A DNA stretch of 64,000 bases from a virus (taxonomy: Duplodnaviria > Caudoviricetes). The notes beneath the pieces were generated by a model. The model was not told the origin of the DNA and made no database searches. It was given only the letters and a program-made list of their open reading frames with translations. Position numbers and translations under genes: made by a program. This document shows, piece after piece, positions 1 to 10,071 of the stretch; the stretch's first letter is position 1; each line of letters starts with the position of its first letter. Location: IMG/VR virus record IMGVR_UViG_3300028738_000008; one strand, given 5' to 3'.

Positions 1-2
1 AT

Positions 3-278
3 CCTGTCTATCCGTCGTATCCCGTTTATCCGTATACGTCGCCATATATTTGGAATCCAAATAGTCCTGTGGTAACATTACCTTGGCTATATACTGGCGG
101 AACTTGTAATGATACTGTTACTTGTAATGGTACAGTGACTAGTTCCAGTTCGAATTATACAATTGGTATGGATGCTGCTGTTACTGGAAATAATGCCACC
201 ATTAATATTCTTAAAAAAAGCATTTTGAATGAAGGCGTATACGAAATTGTTTTAATGCCTGAAAACGAAACTAAATAA
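3..278 (+). CDS. hypothetical protein, 5'-truncated (Pro/Tyr-rich)
   Basis: Frame is open from the window edge (PVYPSYPVYPYTSPYIW...) through the ORF-track 69..278 call. Confidence 0.6.
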   Translation, partial: PVYPSYPVYPYTSPYIWNPNSPVVTLPWLYTGGTCNDTVTCNGTVTSSSSNYTIGMDAAVTGNNATINILKKSILNEGVYEIVLMPENETK

Positions 279-286
279 TTTTACGA

Positions 287-294
287 GTATTTAT
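287..294 (+). promoter_or_regulatory. putative late promoter motif GTATTTAT
   Basis: Recurrent motif, 23 nt upstream of the ORF at 318. Confidence 0.45.
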
Positions 295-317
295 CATTGT
301 GGGGATAAAGCCTTACA

Positions 318-1199
318 ATGATAAATATGAAAAGTACCACACATGATGAATTTGCAAAAATGCTGCATGATCATAATTCTGAACTTACAATTATGTCTAA
401 ATTTACAGGATTACGCAATAAAATTATAGTAAAAGACATTGACAATATTACATATAATGTCGTAGCTAATAGTTTACTGATTAATATTCAACCGAGAATA
501 GTTTCAGCTATTAATAGAATAGAGGCTTTTAATATAAAAATGCATAAAATATTTCCAAATCTACGCATAATCGACGAATATATAGCAGGTAATGTGAAAA
601 TGCGGATTATTGATGATTTAGGCATTGAATATTTCGTTAAGCCTGAAAGTGTTTTATTGGGACGTTATCCATCTATTGAAACAGCGATAGATAAAAATAA
701 AGCATTTGCGTTAAAAGCAAAGGTAATTCATGGCGACAGATATGACTATAGCCAAAGCATTTATTTTAGAGATAAGGTAAAACTTAAGATAATTTGCAAA
801 GATCATGGCGCATTCGAACAGCAGCCAAATGCTCACATAAAATGCAAAGCTGGGTGTCCAGTTTGTAACATTGCAAGAGGGTGGAGTAAAACTCAATGGC
901 TTAATTATGGTAAGGACAAAGATTGTTTAGTTTATATTATTAAATGCTTTAATAATGATGAAGAATTTATTAAAATCGGAATGACAACTCAAACAACAAA
1001 AAAGCGATTTAATGATATTAGAAGTATGCCATATAATTACGAAGTCATTAAAGAGCATTTGTGTTCAGCAGAAGAAGCTTGGAGTTTAGAGAAGGAATAT
1101 CATCAAAAATTCAAAGAATATAAATATTTGCCAAAAATAACATTTCATGGAATACAAGAATGCTTTAATATTAACACACTTAAAAATTTTAATTTATGA
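318..1199 (+). CDS. free-standing homing endonuclease (DUF723-like Zn repeat + C-terminal GIY-YIG/T5orf172-like domain)
   Basis: RYDYSQ...IICKDHGAFEQQPNAH...GCPVC repeat; VYIIKC...FIKIGMT...KRF...E nuclease motif. Confidence 0.8.
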   Translation: MINMKSTTHDEFAKMLHDHNSELTIMSKFTGLRNKIIVKDIDNITYNVVANSLLINIQPRIVSAINRIEAFNIKMHKIFPNLRIIDEYIAGNVKMRIIDDLGIEYFVKPESVLLGRYPSIETAIDKNKAFALKAKVIHGDRYDYSQSIYFRDKVKLKIICKDHGAFEQQPNAHIKCKAGCPVCNIARGWSKTQWLNYGKDKDCLVYIIKCFNNDEEFIKIGMTTQTTKKRFNDIRSMPYNYEVIKEHLCSAEEAWSLEKEYHQKFKEYKYLPKITFHGIQECFNINTLKNFNL

Positions 1200-2047
1200 T
1201 TATAGTTTACCACCGAAAGGATAATGATGGCTTCTGCAGTGCCGCCATTATTAGAAAAAAATATCCCGATGCCGAATTTATTGGCTGGAATTATGGCGAC
1301 GAGTGTAAACAATTTCTTGACTTCATTGACGAAGAAATAATTGTCGTAGACATTTCATTTCCGATGAATATAATGTATAATATTGCTAGCCGCAATAAGC
1401 TTACATGGATTGATCATCACGCATCGAAAATTGCGGACTATATTGCTTTCGAGCATTCTTTTGATAATAATATTAATGTTGTTCTTGAAGTTGGTAGAGC
1501 CGCTTGCGAATTGACATGGGAATATATCTTCCCAGATAAAATGATGCCAGCATCTGTTGAATATCTTGGAATGTATGATACATGGCGTGGATACGGCTCA
1601 GACGAATGGAATCATAATACATTGCCATTTGAATATGGTATGAGATCGATTTGCTCAAGTCTTGAAACATTTCCGAAATTTATTCTCAATTATGATGAAG
1701 ACGGTGCTATTGATAGCATAATTAATAATGGCAGAATCGTAATTGGCTACCAAAATGTTGTCGATTCAAAACTATGTTCAGCAAATTCATTTATACGCAG
1801 TTTTAAAGGTTATAGAGCACTTTGTTTAAATGTTCCTTACATTGACTCGAATACAATGCAAAGTGTTTTTAACGCCTCTGAACACGATTTAATGCTATCA
1901 TTTGTTTATACTGGTAAACATTGGAGTTGTAGTCTGCGTAGCGTCGGAGATTTAGATGTTAGTGCTATTGCTAAATCAATGGGCGGCGGTGGACATAAAA
2001 ATGCCGCTGGATTCGAAGTTAAAAGCTTTGAGGACATCTTTGACTAA
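1196..2047 (+). CDS. DHH/DHHA1 family phosphoesterase (NrnA-like)
   Basis: YHRKDNDG, WIDHH, GGGGHKNAAGF motifs; ATGA overlap with the upstream gene. Confidence 0.9.
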   Translation: MIIVYHRKDNDGFCSAAIIRKKYPDAEFIGWNYGDECKQFLDFIDEEIIVVDISFPMNIMYNIASRNKLTWIDHHASKIADYIAFEHSFDNNINVVLEVGRAACELTWEYIFPDKMMPASVEYLGMYDTWRGYGSDEWNHNTLPFEYGMRSICSSLETFPKFILNYDEDGAIDSIINNGRIVIGYQNVVDSKLCSANSFIRSFKGYRALCLNVPYIDSNTMQSVFNASEHDLMLSFVYTGKHWSCSLRSVGDLDVSAIAKSMGGGGHKNAAGFEVKSFEDIFD

Positions 2048-2069
2048 CTAAATACTAGAAATATTTTTT

Positions 2070-2106
2070 AAAATCGCCAATCGGATTAATTTCGGTTGGC
2101 GATTTT
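2070..2106 (+). terminator. intrinsic terminator
   Basis: AAAATCGCCAATCG / CGGTTGGCGATTTT hairpin. Confidence 0.75.
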
Positions 2107-2117
2107 GCTTTATATTC

Positions 2118-2125
2118 GTATTTAT
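2118..2125 (+). promoter_or_regulatory. putative late promoter motif GTATTTAT
   Basis: Upstream of the tail fibre operon. Confidence 0.5.
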
Positions 2126-2141
2126 GTATAAATATTTTACT

Positions 2142-2381
2142 ATGTCAAATCTATCCGAATCAACATTCATTAGTTATGAGCCAGTCAAACTGATTGACGA
2201 AGTATCAACACAGCTTTATTATATTGGAACATCAAATTTTGGAAATGCATCAAATTCAGCTGTATGGAAAATAAAAAAAATTGAGAAAATTGGCAACGTG
2301 TGGAGTCTTGCTGCATATCCTGACGGAAATCAAGATTATAAATTCGTTTGGGATGAAAGAGGAAATTATAACTATATTTAA
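2142..2381 (+). CDS. small virion-associated hypothetical protein
   Basis: ORF precedes the tail fibre; the ATG at 2142 is preferred because 2124 overlaps the late motif. Confidence 0.65.
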   Translation: MSNLSESTFISYEPVKLIDEVSTQLYYIGTSNFGNASNSAVWKIKKIEKIGNVWSLAAYPDGNQDYKFVWDERGNYNYI

Positions 2382-2393
2382 TACCAATTAAAA

Positions 2394-5300
2394 ATGGCAA
2401 AACTAACCACAGACTTATTAACAGGCGTTCAATTCTTATTGAATATTGATTTACCTGTAAGCGGTTCGTCAATAATCGAAACCGATCCGACCGTTCCAAA
2501 TTATATTAAGCAAATATCATCAGGTGATATTGCTAACTGGAATTCTAAACAGCCTGCTGGAAATTATCAGTCGGCTTCGGGATTTACTGCCCATGCTACT
2601 GACTTAAATATTCATTATGCTCAGTCTGGCATCACTATAACTGAAAGTCAGGTAACTAATCTATCTACAGATTTAGCGAATAGATCACTAACAGGACACA
2701 CTCATTCACAATATTTAACGACCGAAAATGACCCGACAGTACCTGATAATGTTAAGGCTATAACTACTGGCGATACAGCTAACTGGAATTCTAAACAGCC
2801 TGCTGGCGATTATGTGCTTACGCCTACTTTTACAGGACATACTAGCGATTTGACAATTCACTATCAGCAATCTGGTATAACTATTACCGAAAATCAGGTG
2901 ACTAATCTTGTTAACGATTTAGCTGGCAAGTCATCTACTGGACATACACATACTGGCGTATATCAGCCTATTGGAGCATATTTAGTCACTGCTGATATTG
3001 CTGGCAAAGAAGACTCTAGCAATAAAGTGACAATTATAACATCAGGTTCTACAAATACTCAATACCCAAGTGCTAAGCTTCTTTATGATCAATTAGCAAC
3101 TAAACAGCCAACAGGGGCTTATTTAACGTCATTCACTGAAACCGATCCCACTGTTCCAGCTAATGTTAAGGCAATAACTACAGGCGACACCACCAACTGG
3201 AATTCAAAGCAAGCTTCTGGCGATTATGTGCTTACGCCTACATTTACAGGACATACCGCCAATGCTACTATACACTATGCACAGTCTGGTATAACTATTA
3301 CCGAAAGTCAAGTGACAAACCTTGTTAATGACTTAGCTGGTAAGTCATCTACAGGGCATACGCATACAGGCGTTTATCAGCCTGTTGGCAGTTATTTAGT
3401 CGCTGCTGATATTACAGGCAAAGAAGATAGTTCTAACAAAGTAACAATTATAACATCAGGTTCTACTAACACTCAATATCCAAGTGCTAAATTGCTTTAT
3501 GACCAATTAGCAACCAAACAGCCAACAGGAGCTTATTTATTGCCTGCTGATATTACAGGTAAAATGAATTTAAATCAAGCTAGCCGCCAGACAATTATAA
3601 ATGGCGCACCCACATTCAGCGAAGGCTTGACATTAGGAACTAATCCAACAGGAACAACTTTTGAAGCAGGTAAAATTTATTATGATGCCCCTAATAAAAC
3701 TTTGGGAATTTGCATTGATACTGATGTTACAATACAATTAGGTCAGGAGGAACTTGTTTTATGTTATAACAATACTGGCGCAGATATTCCTAACGGTATG
3801 ATGGTATACCCAACAGGCGCAAATGGCGATATGCCTACGATAGCTTTAGCTAGAGCTGATAACACTGTTTTAGGATCATTCCTAGACATTGGTATGACTA
3901 CACAGGTTATACCGAATGGACAAAGTGGATTTGTTACAAACAGAGGAATTGTTCATAACATAGATACGTCTGCTTTTGTTGCTGGCGATACATTATATCT
4001 TAGCACATCTGTTTGGGGTGGCGTAACCAAAGTGCCGCCTACCAGCATTGACGACTTCTTGGTAAAAGTAGGTGTGGCATTAATGATAAGTCCAACTGTA
4101 GGTTCAATATATGTTAGACAAATTCTAAATAATAGAATAACTGACCTTGTTGATGTTGCCATTGATACGCCTATCGTTGATCAAACTTTAGTATGGAATG
4201 GCTTGAACTGGATCAACAAAAACTTGGCATCAGTAAATGCTGGTATTGGAGTTAATTTCTATCTTGATGATACTCAGATTATAACAGGCGGAACGCAATC
4301 AGTCGCATTACATACACTATCAAAAGTGCCAGTAACAACAACCGAAGTTATTGATCAGGTCACGCTTGTAACAGGAAATTTAACACAAATATTAGACAGA
4401 TACTTGTATGACGTGGCATTGGGCGGAACGCAAATAGACGCTGGCGCATGGGGTTTTAACACATACTGTATGGTCAATAACTCTGGAGGTATTGCCACAA
4501 TTCCTGTGACAATGCGTAAAGTTGTTGCTGGTACAGGCACTGTGACGATTACAGGCACTGGAACATCAAGAACAGCCACAGTATCAGGCGGAACGCCATT
4601 TGTTGCTGGCGACGTAAATGCAAATATGACGCTTTCTGGTCTACTTAGAACTTCAACTGCTATATTTAGAATCATTGCTTATACCAGTACTTCTGTAGTT
4701 ACTGTTGAGACATTGACAACATATGTTAATGAGGCTAATGTCGCATACAGCAATCATAAATTTTTATTTACTGATAATATAACCGAAATTAATCAAACAA
4801 CTGTTGGCTTAACCACAACAAATTCATTTCAGCCTGCTTTTAGCATAAATGCTACTGATAAATTGGGCGTGACTTATTATGGTCAGAGTGACACAAATAA
4901 CAGAACTGTTACACTTTATCATAATGGAACAACCCATTATACTAATTTCACGACGCCTTTAGTTATTAGACATAATGACTTATCTGGATTACAAGGCGGT
5001 ACGTCAACAGAAAGATACCATGTACCAGCCGCTACTGCAACGTTGCTAGCTGCTTTAACATCAACTTCTGATGAATTAAATGCGTTGCATGGCATTCCAT
5101 CGGGCTTAACCGCCACTGAATTAGGATATGTTGATGGCGTAACATCGTCTATTCAAACGCAATTAAATGCTAAACTCGGTAAAGTTAGAACTACATATTC
5201 TATAACAGGCGCAACGACCTTATCATCAACGCATGCAGGTGCAACCATTGAATGTAACGGAACATTTGCACTAACATTGGGTAATGCTACGCAGCAGGGC

Positions 5301-7274
5301 ACAATTATTGATATTGTAAATGTTGGCACTGGTATTATTACATTGGCAGCGTCTACAACGATTTTGAGTAGAGATGGACTATTAACATTGAGCAAGCAGT
5401 ATTCTAAAGTAACTGCTTATCATCAAGGATCGAATATATGGATCATATATGATATATTACCATCTGAATTAATTTATTTATCAGGAACTACCTCAAATGT
5501 TCAAACTCAATTAAATGCTAAATTATCAGCTACTAATAACAAGTTGATACCATCAGATTTCGTGTGGACAGGCACATTAACAGGCTCGAATCTAACATGG
5601 GTTATAACATACAGTCATACAATTAGTGGAAATGTTACGATTCCATCTGGTGTAACTCTCGTCTTTATGGGTGGATCATTAAATGGCATCACAACGTTAA
5701 CAGGTACTAATACAAAAATAATTGCTGATGACGCCAATATCATTTCAGCAACAACAATTGATGGAACATGGTATTCTGATCATGTATGGTTTAAATGGTT
5801 TGGGGCAAAGGGCGATGCTGTCACCGATGATTATGTTAAAGGTCAGCAATTACTAGATTGGGCTTATTCTAATCACTCTATGAAAGTTTACATGGGTGTC
5901 GGACGTTTTAATGTGACTGCAAGCGGTTTCACAATAAAAACTGACTTTGAAGGCGAAGGCAATAGAACGTATGGATACAATAGTGAGATATATAATCGTA
6001 CAACCGCAGGCTATGGCGTAAAAATTGCTGAAAGATATATAGCATTGGCAAACTTCACTGTATATGGCAATGCAACAGCAAATTACGGTGTTGGTGCAAC
6101 CTGTGGAGACGGCGTTCTGTTCGATGGCACAATTTATACAGGAATTCAATATGTCACGCTAAGAAATGTTGTATCTATTAGAAATTCTTATGGATTTAGA
6201 TTCACAGGCGGCGCATGGTTAATAAATATTTATGATAGCTATGCGATTGAAAATCTTTACGACGGATTCAATTGCGATAGTGCTGAAAGTGCCCCGACAA
6301 ATACAGGTCAAAAAAATGATATAAACTACTACTCTTGCACATCAACAGGTAATGGACGTAATGGTTGGACTATTTGGGGTATGAGCTTACATTTTTATGG
6401 TTGTGACGCCGAATTAAATTATGGTTCTGGTGTTGATATTACAAGTGTCTTATCTCCAAACAGAACCTTTGATGTTGACAATTACAATACATTAATAAGT
6501 GGCATGCATTTCGAAGGAAATGGTCGTGGATCAATCCACGTTGCTGCTGGTATTTATAATGGACATTATTTCTACTGTAGAGGTTTGATTGTTGAAGGCT
6601 GCTATTCATATGAGGATACCGCTTTATTTAAAGGAGGCTGGGTTAATTCAATATTATTTGAATCTTATGGTAGTGTAAACGAAGGAACTGGAGCAATTAG
6701 AACGATTAGAATTGAAAAAAATACATTTACAGGCTCACATGCTGTTTATTGTAATTTCAACGGTTTATTAGATGCTCAATCGTCAATAGACTTGCCAACA
6801 GATACTCATTATGTTGGATTCGGTAGAGCAGCGAATCCTAATCAGTATAGAACGCTTGTTGTTTCAGGGTATTTTTATGCTAAAGGTGTTACATGGACAA
6901 ACGTTTTACGTTCTGAAACTGTTGCCACTGGAACAGTTGTGGCATTTCCATTAACGCTTCCAACAAACTGTAACATACAGCAATACAAGATTTGGGTTCA
7001 AACAGACGCCACCAATTATACGGTGACATTCAATACCATTTCAAGGGATGCTCTAGCTGGTATTGGTGCTTATAGTAATTCATTAATATATTCAGATGCA
7101 ATCACTGGAAACTCTGGAAGCAAATTAGTGAATTCATCAACAACAGGAAATTATACAGCATCAAATCGTGTTGTTGAGGCAAGTAATGATATGTATCTCA
7201 CAATTACCATAACCATCATAACGCCAGGCACATACCTATACTTAGGCAATCCTGTTATATTGTATAAACCTTAA
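2394..7274 (+). CDS. tail fibre/tailspike: N-terminal tandem repeats, C-terminal pectate-lyase-like beta-helix
   Basis: 1626 aa, Thr/Gly-rich; GHTH knot repeats; WFGAKGDAVTDD followed by beta-helix-like repeats. Confidence 0.8.
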   Translation: MAKLTTDLLTGVQFLLNIDLPVSGSSIIETDPTVPNYIKQISSGDIANWNSKQPAGNYQSASGFTAHATDLNIHYAQSGITITESQVTNLSTDLANRSLTGHTHSQYLTTENDPTVPDNVKAITTGDTANWNSKQPAGDYVLTPTFTGHTSDLTIHYQQSGITITENQVTNLVNDLAGKSSTGHTHTGVYQPIGAYLVTADIAGKEDSSNKVTIITSGSTNTQYPSAKLLYDQLATKQPTGAYLTSFTETDPTVPANVKAITTGDTTNWNSKQASGDYVLTPTFTGHTANATIHYAQSGITITESQVTNLVNDLAGKSSTGHTHTGVYQPVGSYLVAADITGKEDSSNKVTIITSGSTNTQYPSAKLLYDQLATKQPTGAYLLPADITGKMNLNQASRQTIINGAPTFSEGLTLGTNPTGTTFEAGKIYYDAPNKTLGICIDTDVTIQLGQEELVLCYNNTGADIPNGMMVYPTGANGDMPTIALARADNTVLGSFLDIGMTTQVIPNGQSGFVTNRGIVHNIDTSAFVAGDTLYLSTSVWGGVTKVPPTSIDDFLVKVGVALMISPTVGSIYVRQILNNRITDLVDVAIDTPIVDQTLVWNGLNWINKNLASVNAGIGVNFYLDDTQIITGGTQSVALHTLSKVPVTTTEVIDQVTLVTGNLTQILDRYLYDVALGGTQIDAGAWGFNTYCMVNNSGGIATIPVTMRKVVAGTGTVTITGTGTSRTATVSGGTPFVAGDVNANMTLSGLLRTSTAIFRIIAYTSTSVVTVETLTTYVNEANVAYSNHKFLFTDNITEINQTTVGLTTTNSFQPAFSINATDKLGVTYYGQSDTNNRTVTLYHNGTTHYTNFTTPLVIRHNDLSGLQGGTSTERYHVPAATATLLAALTSTSDELNALHGIPSGLTATELGYVDGVTSSIQTQLNAKLGKVRTTYSITGATTLSSTHAGATIECNGTFALTLGNATQQGTIIDIVNVGTGIITLAASTTILSRDGLLTLSKQYSKVTAYHQGSNIWIIYDILPSELIYLSGTTSNVQTQLNAKLSATNNKLIPSDFVWTGTLTGSNLTWVITYSHTISGNVTIPSGVTLVFMGGSLNGITTLTGTNTKIIADDANIISATTIDGTWYSDHVWFKWFGAKGDAVTDDYVKGQQLLDWAYSNHSMKVYMGVGRFNVTASGFTIKTDFEGEGNRTYGYNSEIYNRTTAGYGVKIAERYIALANFTVYGNATANYGVGATCGDGVLFDGTIYTGIQYVTLRNVVSIRNSYGFRFTGGAWLINIYDSYAIENLYDGFNCDSAESAPTNTGQKNDINYYSCTSTGNGRNGWTIWGMSLHFYGCDAELNYGSGVDITSVLSPNRTFDVDNYNTLISGMHFEGNGRGSIHVAAGIYNGHYFYCRGLIVEGCYSYEDTALFKGGWVNSILFESYGSVNEGTGAIRTIRIEKNTFTGSHAVYCNFNGLLDAQSSIDLPTDTHYVGFGRAANPNQYRTLVVSGYFYAKGVTWTNVLRSETVATGTVVAFPLTLPTNCNIQQYKIWVQTDATNYTVTFNTISRDALAGIGAYSNSLIYSDAITGNSGSKLVNSSTTGNYTASNRVVEASNDMYLTITITIITPGTYLYLGNPVILYKP
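2478..3545 (+). repeat. intragenic tandem repeats (82-aa partial unit + two 138-aa units)
   Basis: E(T/N)DPTVP starts at 2478, 2724 and 3138; near-identical NWNSKQ...QSGITITE.QVTNL...GHTH blocks. Confidence 0.9.
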
Positions 7275-7287
7275 GTCTTATCACTAT

Positions 7288-7325
7288 AAAAATCCGTAAA
7301 TTAGAAATGATTTACGGATTTTTTA
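7288..7325 (+). terminator. intrinsic terminator
   Basis: AAAATCCGTAAAT / ATTTACGGATTTT + T-run. Confidence 0.8.
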
Positions 7326-7344
7326 TTTAATAACTATCAAAATC

Positions 7345-7373
7345 TGTAACAAACAAAAAGTTTGCTCGTATAA
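7345..7373 (+). promoter_or_regulatory. ECF-type promoter 1
   Basis: TGTAAC-N16-CGTATAA. Confidence 0.85.
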
Positions 7374-7394
7374 GCGAGAAAATAATACGAACGA

Positions 7395-8279
7395 ATGACA
7401 GATTTAGAAGTTATTAACAAATTGCTTGCTTCGAAAAAGCCAAGCGATATTTTTGAGGCTGATTGGAAGAAAACATACATTACGTATTCCAAGCTAATTC
7501 ATCCAGACTATAGTTCATTATCCAAAGCAAGCGAAGCAATGGCAATCCTCAACGGTTATAAGGATTTAAAGGAAAATGGCGCAGAGTATGAGGATGAAGC
7601 TGGTAAGTTTCGTGTCTTTGACGATAAGATAGTCTACGCAGTGACTGCGGCGAATAAAGCTTTAATCACCGCTTCGTACAATAACTATCGAATCTTCAAA
7701 CAAAAAACAGATGCTGCTTCAAAGAACTTTCAGAAATACATGCCTGAAAGCATGGAATTAACTGCCGATAAACTTACCGTACATTTATTGAATCGAGCAG
7801 TACCTCTTACAAATCAAAAATTGTCACAAGAGCATGTTAATTGGATATTCAGCAGACTGTTTGAATACTCATTATATATTCAAAGTCAAGGTTATTCCCA
7901 TTTAGGCTTTAATCCGACATCTGTATTCGTCGTGCCAGTTAATCATGGCATTATATGCACGACTTTTTATCACATGGCAAAACTGGACGGCAAAGCTAAG
8001 ACAATTTCAGCAAAATACAAAATGTGGTATCCAGCAACGCTTTTTACAAAGAAAATTGCGACAGATGATATTGATCTCGAATTAGCAAAGAAGATATCCT
8101 TATACTTGCTTGGCGACAAATCAGCCGCTGGTATGAAGCTAAAGACTGATAACTCCATTCACAAGGAGATATTAAGTTTCCTGATCACAAAACACGAATG
8201 CTCTTTAGATACCTATGCCAAGTACAGGGAACTATTGAAGAAGCATTTTCCGCCAAAATTTTTTGATTTGAATTTGTAA
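7395..8279 (+). CDS. J-domain (HPD) + degenerate protein-kinase-like domain
   Basis: WKKTY...LIHPD...AMAILN; kinase catalytic-loop position reads HLGFNPTS. Confidence 0.6.
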   Translation: MTDLEVINKLLASKKPSDIFEADWKKTYITYSKLIHPDYSSLSKASEAMAILNGYKDLKENGAEYEDEAGKFRVFDDKIVYAVTAANKALITASYNNYRIFKQKTDAASKNFQKYMPESMELTADKLTVHLLNRAVPLTNQKLSQEHVNWIFSRLFEYSLYIQSQGYSHLGFNPTSVFVVPVNHGIICTTFYHMAKLDGKAKTISAKYKMWYPATLFTKKIATDDIDLELAKKISLYLLGDKSAAGMKLKTDNSIHKEILSFLITKHECSLDTYAKYRELLKKHFPPKFFDLNL

Positions 8280-8296
8280 AAATAATTGCAAAATTT

Positions 8297-8325
8297 TGTA
8301 ACATTTTTAAAGTTCATACGTATAA
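8297..8325 (+). promoter_or_regulatory. ECF-type promoter 2
   Basis: TGTAAC-N16-CGTATAA. Confidence 0.85.
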
Positions 8326-8377
8326 GTTATTTTAAGTATCAATATAAACATCAATTTTTAATTTAAATTTTATTATC

Positions 8378-8503
8378 ATGGGAAATCCAGTACATTCAGA
8401 ATTCAAGTCTTTCGAAGAGGAAGCAGCAGCATCAGAAAATGCAACAGTGGTAGCACCAGCAGAAGAAGTTGCTAACGTTGTAACACCTGAGCCAGAAGCA
8501 TAA
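8378..8503 (+). CDS. 41-aa acidic peptide (not in ORF track)
   Basis: MGNPVHSEFKSFEEEAAASENATVVAPAEEVANVVTPEPEA; its TAA overlaps the vWA ATG (TAATG); first ORF after promoter 2. Confidence 0.6.
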   Translation: MGNPVHSEFKSFEEEAAASENATVVAPAEEVANVVTPEPEA

Positions 8504-9426
8504 TGGGCGGTGGAAAATGGACGGAAGATGCGTTTGCAACCATAAGCGCATCCAAAAGAGGTAAATCGGCTTCGGAAATCTTCGCAAGCGAAGAATCAGT
8601 TGATATGACCCCAAAGATTCTTGTTGACAAGAACAGAGAATCAAGGGATAGCGACGAGCATCCAGAATCTTTAGCCGTAATGGTATTTGTCGATGTTACA
8701 GGCAGCATGGGAATGGTTCCTGAAAATATCGTAAAAAACAATCTTGGTGGACTGATGAACACCATCATCGACAATGGCATCAAAGACCCACAGGTCATGT
8801 TTGGAGCAATTGGAGATCATATCAGCGACGACTCTCCGCTTCAATTAGGTCAATTTGAATCAGAGACAACTTTGATTGACAGCTGGCTTACAAAAATGTA
8901 CATCGAAAGAGGCGGTGGCGGTGGTAATCACGAAAGCTACCTGTTAGCTTGGCTTACTGCTGGAAGGCACACTTCGATTGACTGTTTCGAAAAAAGAAGC
9001 GTAAAAGGTTTCTTATTCACAATCGGCGACGAACGTAGCTGGACTGAAATCAATTCTAATTATCTGAAAAAGGTAATGGGGTATACTCAATCCGAAGACG
9101 TTACTGACGTACAGTTGCTTGCAGAAGCACAGCGAATGTATAATGTATACCACATTCATGTAAATGAAACTGGTTACAGAAACGACTCGCTCGTATTCAA
9201 CTACTGGAAAGATTTGATGGGACAGAATTTCATTGTTCTTGAAGACTACACCACGATTTGCGAAACTATCGCCACCGTTATTGCCATGCAGAATGGTATT
9301 GACATGGAAAAAGTAACTAGCAAATTTAGTGCAAAAACATCCAGCACAGTTACCAATGCTTTAATGGTATTGTCTAAATCAGGCGATTCTATTTCAAAGA
9401 ACGATACAGGGGTTATTGAACTATAA
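8503..9426 (+). CDS. von Willebrand factor A (vWA) domain protein
   Basis: VFVDVTGSMG MIDAS-like motif, GGGGNHESY, FLFTIGDE. Confidence 0.85.
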   Translation: MGGGKWTEDAFATISASKRGKSASEIFASEESVDMTPKILVDKNRESRDSDEHPESLAVMVFVDVTGSMGMVPENIVKNNLGGLMNTIIDNGIKDPQVMFGAIGDHISDDSPLQLGQFESETTLIDSWLTKMYIERGGGGGNHESYLLAWLTAGRHTSIDCFEKRSVKGFLFTIGDERSWTEINSNYLKKVMGYTQSEDVTDVQLLAEAQRMYNVYHIHVNETGYRNDSLVFNYWKDLMGQNFIVLEDYTTICETIATVIAMQNGIDMEKVTSKFSAKTSSTVTNALMVLSKSGDSISKNDTGVIEL

Positions 9427-9442
9427 CAACTGACACGAATAT

Positions 9443-9478
9443 AAAAGGCGATGATATTAAATTATTATCGCCTTTTTT
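9443..9478 (+). terminator. intrinsic terminator abutting promoter 3
   Basis: AAAAGGCGATGAT / ATTATCGCCTTTT. Confidence 0.8.
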
Positions 9479-9506
9479 GTAACCTTTTATATTTTATACC
9501 GTATAA
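9478..9506 (+). promoter_or_regulatory. ECF-type promoter 3
   Basis: TGTAAC-N16-CGTATAA. Confidence 0.85.
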
Positions 9507-9524
9507 ATTATAAACAATCACAAT

Positions 9525-10040
9525 ATGAATAACGGAAAAGACTATAGTGACGAAGACAAGCAAGCTTCAAAAGACTTCGGCGACACAGGCATCAATTATG
9601 GTAACGAGATCAGTTTAGCATATGACTACAATTGTCGTAAAATAGAAGCGGATGCCGAGGCAGAAACAGCGTTGGCTGAGTTCGAAGCTGAAATGAGATA
9701 TGTGCAAAGAGGTATTGTTCGAAAAAATAATGCCGCTGTAATGTTTGTCAAAGATAATATCTCATATGATTTCGATCTAATTGAATTAGACGATCTTGAT
9801 TGGCAACATATCGGATATGTTGAAGTCGAAGAAACTGACGAAAAGGAATCAGGATATTCGGACTATAAATTTTACTATGAAAAGGGTGATCGTAAGTTAA
9901 AATATATGCGTCAGGACGATGAAGGCGACTATCATAACTTAGTATGGCAAACCGTAGGATATCTCGGTGACGATTACTCAGGCTATTTGCTTTTTCCATT
10001 AAAAGATGGAAGATACTGGAAAATATTGTATTCTTGTTAA
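9525..10040 (+). CDS. hypothetical acidic protein
   Basis: 171-aa ORF after promoter 3. Confidence 0.7.
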   Translation: MNNGKDYSDEDKQASKDFGDTGINYGNEISLAYDYNCRKIEADAEAETALAEFEAEMRYVQRGIVRKNNAAVMFVKDNISYDFDLIELDDLDWQHIGYVEVEETDEKESGYSDYKFYYEKGDRKLKYMRQDDEGDYHNLVWQTVGYLGDDYSGYLLFPLKDGRYWKILYSC

Positions 10041-10071
10041 TTAACTGTTGTTTTAGGTTTTGATTATGCTG

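Noticed and set aside
2478-3545. Diversity-generating retroelement template/variable repeat
   Set aside because: The repeats are tandem and in-frame at the N-terminus, differences are not adenine-specific, and no reverse transcriptase is in the window.
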